In this document: in pieces, positions 10,349 through 18,692 of the stretch
How positions within the stretch are numbered: the first letter of the stretch is position 1
Layout of the letters: each line of letters opens with the position of its first letter
Assembly (NCBI GenBank): GCA_039638295.1
Contig: JBDIWJ010000016.1
Location: forward strand, 1-25,168
Direction of reading: 5' to 3'
From: Candidatus Phoenicimicrobium oleiphilum
Lineage (GTDB): Bacteria; Atribacterota; Phoenicimicrobiia; Phoenicimicrobiales; Phoenicimicrobiaceae
Length of the DNA stretch: 25,168 nt
Translations under genes and position numbers: made by a program
The notes under the pieces: model-generated
Told to the model about the DNA's origin: nothing
The model's input: the letters and a program-made list of their open reading frames with translations, nothing else
Databases searched by the model: none

Positions 10349-10735
10349 GTGCATAGGGAATTTATCTGTATAGTCTGTCCCAATAGTTGTCATATATCAG
10401 TAGAGTATGAAGGAACAAATATTAAAGATATTAAAGGGGATCAATGCCCCAAAGGAAGAGATTATGTAAAAAACGAAATTACCAACCCCTTAAGGGTATT
10501 TACTGGCTCTGTTTTAGTGGAAAACGGAGACTTCCCTTTAGTGAGTGTGAAAACTTCCTCTCCTATTCCTAAGCAATATTTGAAAAAGGTAGGAGAGATT
10601 ACTCGCCAGATGAAAGTAGAAGCCCCTGTTGAGCTTGGTCAAATAGTAGCCAGAAATTTATTAAATAAAAAGATAGATTTAATTGCGACCAGGAAGATTA
10701 AGAAGATTAATAAGAAAAATTCTTTATTATCTTAA
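10349..10735 (+). CDS. DUF1667 family small Cys-containing (metal/Fe-S) protein
   Basis: CIVCPNSC...CPKG motif, NPLR..T, VSVKT..PIPK, VEAPV..G; GTG start abutting the previous stop. Confidence 0.85.
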   Translation: MHREFICIVCPNSCHISVEYEGTNIKDIKGDQCPKGRDYVKNEITNPLRVFTGSVLVENGDFPLVSVKTSSPIPKQYLKKVGEITRQMKVEAPVELGQIVARNLLNKKIDLIATRKIKKINKKNSLLS

Positions 10736-10748
10736 AAAGGTGGGTTAA

Positions 10749-12002
10749 ATGAAAAATATCTATCTACGGCGTATCTCTCAAGTTTTTGAAAATAAGAAAA
10801 TAGATAATATATCAGGGAAAATAATTCAGGAACTTGAGAAGATAAAGTTTAGTGAGAAGATAAAGCCCGGGATGCGAATAGGTATAACTGTAGGTAGTAG
10901 AGGGATTGACAATTTAGATTTAATTGTTAGAACAGTTATTCAAGAAGTGAAAAAATATGGTGGTTCTCCTATAATTATTGCGGCAATGGGCTCACACGGC
11001 GGAGCGACTGTAGAAGGTCAGTTGTCTATACTGGAATGTTACAGGATTACTAAAGAAAAAATAGGAGTTCCGATAAAGGCAACTACAGAGATTGTTGAAT
11101 TAGGAAAATTAGAAAATGGTTTACCAGTTTATTTTAATAAAATAGCTCTATCTTTAGATGGATTAATCATCATTAACCGAGTAAAAGTACATACCAGTTT
11201 TAAATCAGATATTGAAAGTGGCTTGTGTAAAATGTTAACGGTTGGCTTAGGAGGGCATAAAGGGGCAAGTTTAGTTCATTCTTTGGGAGTTAAGGGATTA
11301 GCTGAGTATATAGTAAAATTTGCAGAAGTTATTTTAAAAAAGGCTCCAATTTTGTGTGGGATAGGTATTCTGGAAAATGGATATGATAAGGCTTATAAAA
11401 TTAGAGCAGTTAACCCGGAAGGTTTCCAGGAATTAGATAGAAAGTTTTTGAAAGAATGTAAGAGAATATTACCCAGATTGCCTGTTTCGGATATTGACAT
11501 ATTAGTTGTGCAAGAGATTGGGAAGAATATTAGTGGCACCGGCATAGACACTAATATTGTGGGTGGGATTACCGAATTTCCTGAAGGAATTTTTCACCCT
11601 CCCAAAATTAAAGAAATAATTCTGCTTGACCTTACTCCCGAAAGTCATGGCAATGCTCATGGTGTAGGGCTGGCTACTGCTATTACTCAGAGATTATACA
11701 ATAAAATAGATTTCCAAGCCACTTATACTAATTCTATTGCCAGCGGTTTTCTCTATAAATCACGCATTCCCATGATTTTCCCTACCGAAGAAAAAGCCTT
11801 TAAAACTTGTCTGGGTGTTTTAGGTAAATTGCCAGGGGAGCTTCCTCGAATTATAATTATAAAAAACACTCTAAAATTAGATGAAATGTTTGTATCTGAA
11901 CCGATTTGGGAGGAAATTAAAGACCAAAAGAATATCCTGCCTTTAGATGATTGGAAAGAATTAAAATTTGATATCCAGAGAAACCTTAACTTGAGAATTT
12001 GA
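10749..12002 (+). CDS. Lactate racemase (LarA/DUF2088) domain-containing protein
   Basis: GSRGI, AMGSHGGAT.EGQ, NRVK.HT, ESGLCKM..VGLG, GKNISG.G.DTN, SHGNA.G.G, NTL.L motifs that I recognise from this family. Confidence 0.72.
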   Translation: MKNIYLRRISQVFENKKIDNISGKIIQELEKIKFSEKIKPGMRIGITVGSRGIDNLDLIVRTVIQEVKKYGGSPIIIAAMGSHGGATVEGQLSILECYRITKEKIGVPIKATTEIVELGKLENGLPVYFNKIALSLDGLIIINRVKVHTSFKSDIESGLCKMLTVGLGGHKGASLVHSLGVKGLAEYIVKFAEVILKKAPILCGIGILENGYDKAYKIRAVNPEGFQELDRKFLKECKRILPRLPVSDIDILVVQEIGKNISGTGIDTNIVGGITEFPEGIFHPPKIKEIILLDLTPESHGNAHGVGLATAITQRLYNKIDFQATYTNSIASGFLYKSRIPMIFPTEEKAFKTCLGVLGKLPGELPRIIIIKNTLKLDEMFVSEPIWEEIKDQKNILPLDDWKELKFDIQRNLNLRI

Positions 12003-12200
12003 ATTCATTAGCGATGGTGGATAATTATAATAACTAATTCAGTGTGTCACAAAAATTAAATTAGGAGAAAATACAACTCAGAAAAGGAGGTGGTAAATCT
12101 TTTGTAATTATAGTTATTGTAAATATTGATTGCAGTATAAGATTAAATTATTAAAAAACGGTTTATTTTTAACTTTTAAATGAAAATTGTACAAAATTAT

Positions 12201-12229
12201 TTGACTACTATTAACTTTTAATATATTAT
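12201..12229 (+). promoter_or_regulatory. Sigma70-type promoter of the pyr operon
   Basis: TTGACT (12201-12206), 17-bp spacer, TATTAT (12224-12229). Confidence 0.7.
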
Positions 12230-12251
12230 TAAAAAAACAAAATAAAAGTTA

Positions 12252-12337
12252 CCCTTTTAAATTAGTTCAGAGAGACTAGTAAGGGGATAAAAGAGAAATT
12301 TATATCCTCTTATTAGCTTTCGATAAGAGGATTTTTT
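12252..12337 (+). promoter_or_regulatory. PyrR-binding attenuator 1 (binding loop, antiterminator, terminator)
   Basis: CCTTTTAA...AGTTCAGAGAGACT...AAGG resembles the PyrR site consensus (CUUUAA...AGUCCAGAGAGGCU...AAGG); terminator ATCCTCTTAT (12304-12313)/ATAAGAGGAT (12323-12332) plus T-run. Confidence 0.82.
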
Positions 12338-12364
12338 ATTATAAAAAAACAAATAAAATATGGT

Positions 12365-12450
12365 TTCCTTTAACATCAGTCCAGTGAGGCTGATAAGGAA
12401 AATTTATTAACCCCTTATCAGCCAGATTGGGCTGGAAGGGGTTTTTGTTT
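12365..12450 (+). promoter_or_regulatory. PyrR-binding attenuator 2 (binding loop, antiterminator, terminator)
   Basis: CCTTTAA...AGTCCAGTGAGGCT...AAGG; perfect 11-bp antiterminator GGCTGATAAGG (12388-12398)/CCTTATCAGCC (12413-12423); terminator AACCCCTT (12409-12416)/AAGGGGTT (12436-12443) plus T-run. Confidence 0.92.
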
Positions 12451-12472
12451 GAATATTTAGGTATAGGTGTGA

Positions 12473-13042
<570 letters not shown>

Positions 13043-13046
13043 TCTG

Positions 13047-13134
13047 GTATCGAGTATCGCGGATAGGGTATTAGTTATCCAGTTACCCGGTTTACCAGTT
13101 AAAATACAGGTTACAAGTTGTAGGTTGCAAGTTT
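13047..13134. repeat. Degenerate short tandem repeats (7- and 8-mers)
   Basis: GTATCGA/GTATCGC/GGATAGG/GTATTAG (13047-13074); AGTTATCC/AGTTACCC/GGTTTACC (13073-13096); CAGGTTA/CAAGTTG/TAGGTTG/CAAGTTT (13107-13134). Confidence 0.65.
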
Positions 13135-13139
13135 ATAAC

Positions 13140-13181
13140 TTCTAATGTAGGGGCACGATGCATCGTGCCCCTACATTAGAA
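13140..13181. repeat. Perfect 42-bp palindrome containing a GTAG-type REP element
   Basis: TTCTAATGTAGGGGCACGATG|CATCGTGCCCCTACATTAGAA is self-complementary; core GTAG...CTAC at 13147-13174 recurs at 21348 and 23811. Confidence 0.9.
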
Positions 13182-13260
13182 TCCCAATTTCTTTAACGCG
13201 ATATGAATTACTATTCACTAACGACTAATTCAATTGGTGGATTGGAGAATTAAAAAGTAG

Positions 13261-14082
13261 ATGAGTACGATTTTAAATAAAAAAATTAAGATTTTATCCA
13301 AAAAAGAAGTAGCTCCAAATATTTATCTTGCGAAATTGAAAGCCCCAGAAATATCTCAAGAAGCCCTCCCCGGACAATTTATTCATATTAAATGTAGTAA
13401 AGATAATTACCCCTTATTACGCCGACCCATCAGTATCCATAGAATAGACAAAGAAAAAGGGGAAATTTATATCTTATTTCAGATAGTAGGAGAAGGCACC
13501 AAATTATTGAGCCAAAGGGCAGTAGGGGATGATTTAGATGTTATAGGTCCTCTCGGAAATGGTTTTCACATTTATCCGGAAAGTAAAAAGATTATGATGA
13601 TAGGCGGAGGAATAGGAGTTGCTCCATTGCTGGCTTTATGCGAAGAATCCATAAGACAAGACAAAGAAGTAAGAGTCTTGATAGGTGCTTTAAAAAAAGA
13701 GTTAATTGTAGGAGAGGAAAATTTTAGGATCCTTGGGGCAAAAATAGATGTTGCCGCTGATGATGGAAGTTATGGGTATAAAGGTTTGGTTACTGATTTA
13801 TTAGAGGAGATTATAACCAAAGAAGGATGGCTGCCGGATCAGATATTTACTTGTGGGCCAAAACCGATGTTGAAAAAAATTGTGGAGATTTCTCTGCATT
13901 CCCATATTGATTGCCAGGTATCTTTAGAAGAACGGATGGGTTGTGGAATAGGTGCCTGTTTGGGCTGTGTCTGCAAAATAAAAACAAAGGATAAAAAAGA
14001 GGATAAAGTTAAATATGAATTTAAAAGAGTCTGTATAGATGGACCTGTCTTTGAAGGAAGTGAGGTAGTTTGGGATGATTGA
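13261..14082 (+). CDS. pyrK: Dihydroorotate dehydrogenase electron transfer subunit
   Basis: [45 protein letters not shown]...RVCIDGPVF [2Fe-2S] motif. Confidence 0.95.
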   Translation: MSTILNKKIKILSKKEVAPNIYLAKLKAPEISQEALPGQFIHIKCSKDNYPLLRRPISIHRIDKEKGEIYILFQIVGEGTKLLSQRAVGDDLDVIGPLGNGFHIYPESKKIMMIGGGIGVAPLLALCEESIRQDKEVRVLIGALKKELIVGEENFRILGAKIDVAADDGSYGYKGLVTDLLEEIITKEGWLPDQIFTCGPKPMLKKIVEISLHSHIDCQVSLEERMGCGIGACLGCVCKIKTKDKKEDKVKYEFKRVCIDGPVFEGSEVVWDD

Positions 14083-15004
14083 TAAACCTAATTTAGAAGT
14101 GGGAATAGCTGGAATAAAGCTAAAAAACCCAGTGATGACTGCCTCAGGGACTTTTGGCTATGGTCAGGAGTATACGCCGTTTGTCGATTTGAATAGATTG
14201 GGTGCCATAATATTAAAAGGTATAACCTTGAAACCTAAGAAGGGGAATCCCCCTCCTCGGATCATAGAGACCCCTTCAGGGATGCTTAATGCTATCGGTT
14301 TACAGAATGTAGGAGTGGAAATTTTAATTAAAGAAAAATTGCCTTATTTAAAAAAGTTTAATACTCCAGTAATAATAAATATTTCCGGGGATACCATAGA
14401 AGAATATATGGAATTAGTCAGAAGATTAGAAGAAGTCTCAAAAGAAATGGGAGTTGCCGGTCTGGAGGTCAATATTTCCTGTCCTAATGTCAAAAAAGGG
14501 GGTATGACCTGGGGGACAGAGGCTAAAGCGACTTATAAAATTGTGAGCACTATTCGAAAAGTTACCACACTCCCTCTTATTGTAAAATTGACTCCCAATG
14601 TTACAGATATCAAAATAATTGCCCAGGCTGCTGAAGAAGCAGGAGCAGATGCCCTATCCCTGATAAATACTTTAGTGGGGATGGCAGTAGATATCGATTC
14701 TCGTAAACCAAAATTAGCTAATGTCAGTGGTGGTCTATCTGGTCCAGCAATAAAGCCAGTAGCCCTCTGGATGGTCTGGCAGGTATTTCAGACGGTAAAT
14801 ATCCCTATAATCGGGATAGGGGGGATAATAAAAGTGGAGGATGCCTTGGAATTTATCATTGCTGGTGCTCGGGCGATAGAAATAGGAACAGCGAATTTAG
14901 TAAATCCTCAGGCAACTGTCGAAATTATTGAAGGGATAGAAAAATATCTTATGGAAAATAATATTAAAGATATAAATGAATTGGTAGGAAGTATGAAAAT
15001 TTAA
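14075..15004 (+). CDS. pyrD: Dihydroorotate dehydrogenase (family 1B) catalytic subunit
   Basis: [46 protein letters not shown]. Confidence 0.96.
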   Translation: MIDKPNLEVGIAGIKLKNPVMTASGTFGYGQEYTPFVDLNRLGAIILKGITLKPKKGNPPPRIIETPSGMLNAIGLQNVGVEILIKEKLPYLKKFNTPVIINISGDTIEEYMELVRRLEEVSKEMGVAGLEVNISCPNVKKGGMTWGTEAKATYKIVSTIRKVTTLPLIVKLTPNVTDIKIIAQAAEEAGADALSLINTLVGMAVDIDSRKPKLANVSGGLSGPAIKPVALWMVWQVFQTVNIPIIGIGGIIKVEDALEFIIAGARAIEIGTANLVNPQATVEIIEGIEKYLMENNIKDINELVGSMKI

Positions 15005-15021
15005 TAAAAAAGGGGGAGAAA

Positions 15022-15747
15022 ATGCACTTAACCGCGAAAGAAAGATTAGTTTTGGCTCTTGATGTAGAAAATTTTGAAAAAGCAGATGAATTAGTGGATA
15101 AATTAAGTGATTATGTAGGGGTCTTTAAAGTCGGAAGCCAGTTATTTACCGCAGAAGGAGCTAAAGTAGTTAATGTGATAAACGAGAGAGGAGGTAAGGT
15201 TTTTTTAGATTTAAAATTCCACGACATTCCTAATACTGTCGCTCTGGCGGCAGAAGTAGCTACTAAATTGGGAGTATATATCTTTGACATCCACACTTCC
15301 GGGGGGTATGAGATGATGAGAGCAGCCACTGAAGCAAGCAAAAAAATTAGTTTGGCTTTAGGAGTCAGAAGACCCTTAATTTTAGGAGTAACTTTACTTA
15401 CCAGTATCAATCAGGAAATTTTAGAAAAAGACCTGGGAATAAAAAGAAAATTAGAAGAACAGGTGGTTCATCTGGCTAAATTAGCTAAAGCTGCTGGGCT
15501 TGATGGAGTGGTGGCTTCTTCCAGGGAGATTAAGGGGATAAGGAAGGCTTGCGGGGAAGATTTCATAATTTTGACTCCCGGGATACGGCCGACAGGTAAA
15601 TCTTCTGATGACCAGAAAAGGATAATGACCCCCCGAGAAGCCATAAGATTAGGAGCAGATTTTTTGGTGATAGGAAGACCGATAAGAGATGCTGCCAACC
15701 CGGTGGAGGCAGCAAAAGAAATATTAAAAGAAATGGAGGAAAATTAA
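15022..15747 (+). CDS. pyrF: Orotidine-5'-phosphate decarboxylase
   Basis: LALD, FLDLKFHDIPNTV, VTLLTS, TPGIR, DQKR, VIGRPI. Confidence 0.97.
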   Translation: MHLTAKERLVLALDVENFEKADELVDKLSDYVGVFKVGSQLFTAEGAKVVNVINERGGKVFLDLKFHDIPNTVALAAEVATKLGVYIFDIHTSGGYEMMRAATEASKKISLALGVRRPLILGVTLLTSINQEILEKDLGIKRKLEEQVVHLAKLAKAAGLDGVVASSREIKGIRKACGEDFIILTPGIRPTGKSSDDQKRIMTPREAIRLGADFLVIGRPIRDAANPVEAAKEILKEMEEN

Positions 15748-15749
15748 AA

Positions 15750-16334
15750 ATGATTATCAACACCGAAGAGGTAATGAAAAAATTTGAGCAGGCAGGAGCC
15801 ATTCAGAAGGGTCATTTTAAACTGACCTCAGGAGTACATAGTGATACCTATATTCAATGTGCTCAGGTGATGCAATATCCCGAATTTATGCATAATCTGT
15901 GTAGTGAACTAGGAAAAAAATTTCGAGGAGATGATATTGATGTAATTGTGGGACCAGCCATTGGGGGTATTATTATGGCTCACGTAATGGCTCGGGTGTT
16001 AGGACCCTGGGTAAGGGCAATCTTTACTGAAAGAGAAAATGGGAAGATGACCTTAAGACGAAGTTTTGAGATAAAAGAGGGAGAAAAAGTATTAGTAGTA
16101 GAGGATGTTACCACTACAGGGAGTTCGGTAAGGGAAGTTATAGATATTGTAAATTCGAGAAAGGGAAAAGTTGTAGGGGTAGGAGTGTTAATTGACCGAA
16201 GTGGAGGAAGAGTGAGTTTTGGATTAAAGACTGAAAAACTTTTAACTGTAGATATACAGACCTATCTTCCTAAGGAATGTCTCTTGTGTAAAAAGGGGAT
16301 TCCTACAGTCAAACCAGGGAGTCGTTATCTTTAA
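15750..16334 (+). CDS. pyrE: Orotate phosphoribosyltransferase
   Basis: GHFKLTSG.HS..Y, GPAIGG, VVEDVTTTGSS, KPGSR. Confidence 0.95.
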   Translation: MIINTEEVMKKFEQAGAIQKGHFKLTSGVHSDTYIQCAQVMQYPEFMHNLCSELGKKFRGDDIDVIVGPAIGGIIMAHVMARVLGPWVRAIFTERENGKMTLRRSFEIKEGEKVLVVEDVTTTGSSVREVIDIVNSRKGKVVGVGVLIDRSGGRVSFGLKTEKLLTVDIQTYLPKECLLCKKGIPTVKPGSRYL

Positions 16335-16366
16335 ATTATTGACACACAGCCATCAAGATTTAACTT

Positions 16367-16395
16367 TTGAAGAAAACTAAATTTAATGTTATAAT
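16367..16395 (+). promoter_or_regulatory. Sigma70-type promoter with extended -10
   Basis: TTGAAG (16367-16372), 17-bp spacer, TG-T-TATAAT (16387-16395). Confidence 0.7.
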
Positions 16396-16453
16396 ACTTT
16401 AAAAATAGACATTCTGACTATTTTAAGAATTCAGCAATAAAGAGGTTAAATCT

Positions 16454-17563
16454 ATGAATATAAAAGAAATACCTAAATTAATAATAGGTGATTTAGTGGC
16501 CAGGGTGCCTATTATTCAAGGGGGGATGGGTGTAGGCATTTCCTTATCAGGTTTAGCCTCTGCGGTTGCAAATGCAGGAGGTATCGGGGTAATTGCCACT
16601 GCCGGAATCGGTATGCTGGAACCAGATTTTGCTACAAATTTTTCTCTGGCAAACAGAAGGGCATTACAGAAAGAGATAAGAAAAGCAAGGAAGATGACAA
16701 AAGGTATCATTGGGGTAAATATAATGGTTGCCCTTACCGATTTTTATGATATGGTAAAAGTTGCAGTAGAAGAAGGTGTAGATATAGTTTTACTGGGTGC
16801 TGGACTACCCTTGAAAAATCTTAAAATGTTACTTCCTGACAAGTTAAGAGATATTAATGCCAAAATCGTTCCCATTGTTTCATCTGCTCGAGCAGCAAAA
16901 ATTATATTTCAATACTGGCAAAGAAATTATAACTATATACCTGATGCGATAGTTGTGGAAGGACCATTAGCAGGCGGACATCTTGGTTTCAAAAAGGAAC
17001 AGATTAGTAATCCTAATTATACTTTAGAGAAGATTTTACCCGAAGTAATCGCGGTAATAAAACCTTTTGAAAAGCATTTCCATAAAAGTATTCCCGTGAT
17101 TGCTGCTGGTGGTATTTATACCGGCAAAGATATTTATAAATATATGCAGCGGGGTGCCCAGGGTGTCCAGATGGCTACCAGGTTTGTGGCTACTAAGGAG
17201 TGCGATGCCTCTATAAAATTTAAAGAGACTTATATAAAGAGCAAGAAAGAAGACCTTGTTATAATTGATAGTCCAGTAGGGTTACCCGGAAGAGCGATAA
17301 GAAATAAGTTTCTTGAGGAAGTATACTGCGGGGTTAGGAAACCTTTTAAATGTCCCTGGAAGTGTTTAATGACCTGTAATTTCAAAAAAGCCCCTTACTG
17401 TATCGCTCTTGCCCTGACTAATGCCCAACAGGGGAATCTTGAGGATGGATTTGCTTTTGCCGGAGCCAATGCTTATCGGGTGGATAAAATTATATCAGTC
17501 AAGGAACTTATGGCAACTTTATTAGAAGAATATAAAAACGCAGTATATAATTTAAGCCAATAA
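16454..17563 (+). CDS. Nitronate monooxygenase/FabK-family FMN protein, FabX/UfaA-like with a 4-Cys Fe-S motif
   Basis: PIIQGGMGVGIS, GAGLP, VEGPLAGGHLG, IAAGGI, GVQMATRF, SPVGLPGRA, CPWKCLMTC...YCI, FAGANAYRVDKIISVKEL. Confidence 0.85.
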   Translation: MNIKEIPKLIIGDLVARVPIIQGGMGVGISLSGLASAVANAGGIGVIATAGIGMLEPDFATNFSLANRRALQKEIRKARKMTKGIIGVNIMVALTDFYDMVKVAVEEGVDIVLLGAGLPLKNLKMLLPDKLRDINAKIVPIVSSARAAKIIFQYWQRNYNYIPDAIVVEGPLAGGHLGFKKEQISNPNYTLEKILPEVIAVIKPFEKHFHKSIPVIAAGGIYTGKDIYKYMQRGAQGVQMATRFVATKECDASIKFKETYIKSKKEDLVIIDSPVGLPGRAIRNKFLEEVYCGVRKPFKCPWKCLMTCNFKKAPYCIALALTNAQQGNLEDGFAFAGANAYRVDKIISVKELMATLLEEYKNAVYNLSQ

Positions 17564-17710
17564 AATTAAGGATGAAATAGAACTAAAAACATGGATAAAA
17601 AAAATAAAATCACATCTATGGATTAAACCATAAAGAGAGAAAATTTATAAGTCGAATTTCAAATAAACCAATAAATTAGTTGTCATTTATTTACTAGAGG
17701 AGGATAAGAA

Positions 17711-18019
17711 ATGATAGTCACAACTGTCATTGTTTATGTGAAGCCTGAGAATATTAACGATTTCATAGAGGCGACCAGAAAAAATCATGAGGCTTCAGTT
17801 AAGGAACTAGGAAACCTGAGATTTGACATACTTCAATGCATTGACGATCCTACTAAATTTCTCCTGTACGAAGCTTATGAGTCTGAGGAGGCCTCAGCAG
17901 CACATAAGAAAACAGCTCATTACCGGGAATGGAGAGATACTGTTACTGACTGGATGGCAAAACCAAGAGAAGGTATCAAGTATAAAGTGATGTTTCCTAA
18001 AGACAGGAACAAATGGTGA
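17711..18019 (+). CDS. ABM/dimeric alpha-beta barrel protein, LsrG-like
   Basis: FIEAT..NH..SV.E.GNLRFDILQ...F.LYEAY...AAHK.T.HY pattern close to LsrG; GAGGAGG RBS. Confidence 0.8.
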   Translation: MIVTTVIVYVKPENINDFIEATRKNHEASVKELGNLRFDILQCIDDPTKFLLYEAYESEEASAAHKKTAHYREWRDTVTDWMAKPREGIKYKVMFPKDRNKW

Positions 18020-18062
18020 TTTTTAGCAAAAACACAAAAAAATAAAAAAATACAAAATAAAT

Positions 18063-18090
18063 TTGACAAAATCAAAAAGTGTGTTATACT
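18063..18090 (+). promoter_or_regulatory. Sigma70-type promoter of the RRM gene
   Basis: TTGACA (18063-18068), 16-bp spacer, TG-T-TATACT (18082-18090). Confidence 0.75.
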
Positions 18091-18304
18091 AAGAAAGTCT
18101 GTTAAGTAAAAAGACTGACTTTTGTTACTCAAAAGAGATGCTAACAACAATCAACCGAATTTTCTATAACAGATTGTTAAAAAAGGATCTCTTGTGTTTT
18201 GATAATGTTATCGTTAAGAGTTTAGAATCATTACCTTGCTTCTTCTCTCCCAAAGAAACGTTATTAGACTTAAGAGAAATAATGTTAAAAAGGAGGGAAA
18301 AAAT

Positions 18305-18571
18305 ATGCAAGGTAGTAAATTATATGTTGGAAATCTTAAGTATTCTGTAACCAATGATGAATTAAATGAATTGTTTGCTGGTTATGGTGAAGTTAAGAAT
18401 GTAAACATCATTGAAGGCAAAGGCTTTGGTTTTGTAGAAATGTCTTCTTCAGAAGAAGCCGAAAAAGCTAAAGATGCTTTAAATAATGCTGATTTCGAAG
18501 GTCGTCCTTTAAAAATTGATGAAGCTCGTCCGCCAAGACCAAGAACCGAATATCGTAGTCGCAGATTCTAA
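18305..18571 (+). CDS. Single-RRM RNA-binding protein
   Basis: RNP2 LYVGNL and RNP1 KGFGFVEM; real start is likely ATG 18305 after AAGGAGG (88 aa), not the TTG at 18236. Confidence 0.93.
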   Translation: MQGSKLYVGNLKYSVTNDELNELFAGYGEVKNVNIIEGKGFGFVEMSSSEEAEKAKDALNNADFEGRPLKIDEARPPRPRTEYRSRRF

Positions 18572-18596
18572 GATAAATATTTAAGGTATAAAAAAC

Positions 18597-18688
18597 AAAA
18601 TAGGGACAGTTCCTAATAAAATAGGACTGTCCTGTTTTTATTTCTAAAGAAAATAGAAAGTAGAAAATAGGGACAGACACCTATTTTT
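18597..18688. terminator. Probable bidirectional terminator region between convergent RRM and adh genes
   Basis: GGACAGT.CCTA (18604-18615)/TAGGACTGTCC (18622-18632) followed by T-rich tract and preceded by A-tract; second hairpin AAAATAGG (18664-18671)/CCTATTTT (18680-18687). Confidence 0.65.
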
Positions 18689-18692
18689 ATAA

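Noticed and set aside
12187..12194. TTGTACAA palindrome upstream of the pyr -35 box as a second GntR site
   Set aside because: Only 8 bp, different spacing from the 6824 repeat, expected by chance in AT-rich DNA
13043..13260. Repeat-rich spacer as a CRISPR array
   Set aside because: No constant 25-40 bp repeat with unique spacers and no cas genes
17591..17626. Eleven-codon ORF MDKKNKITSMD before the LsrG-like gene
   Set aside because: No RBS, no attenuator structure, low complexity
18138..18350. 70-aa ORF and the 23-aa N-terminal extension of the RRM ORF
   Set aside because: No RBS; overlaps the RRM gene, whose strong RBS points to ATG 18305
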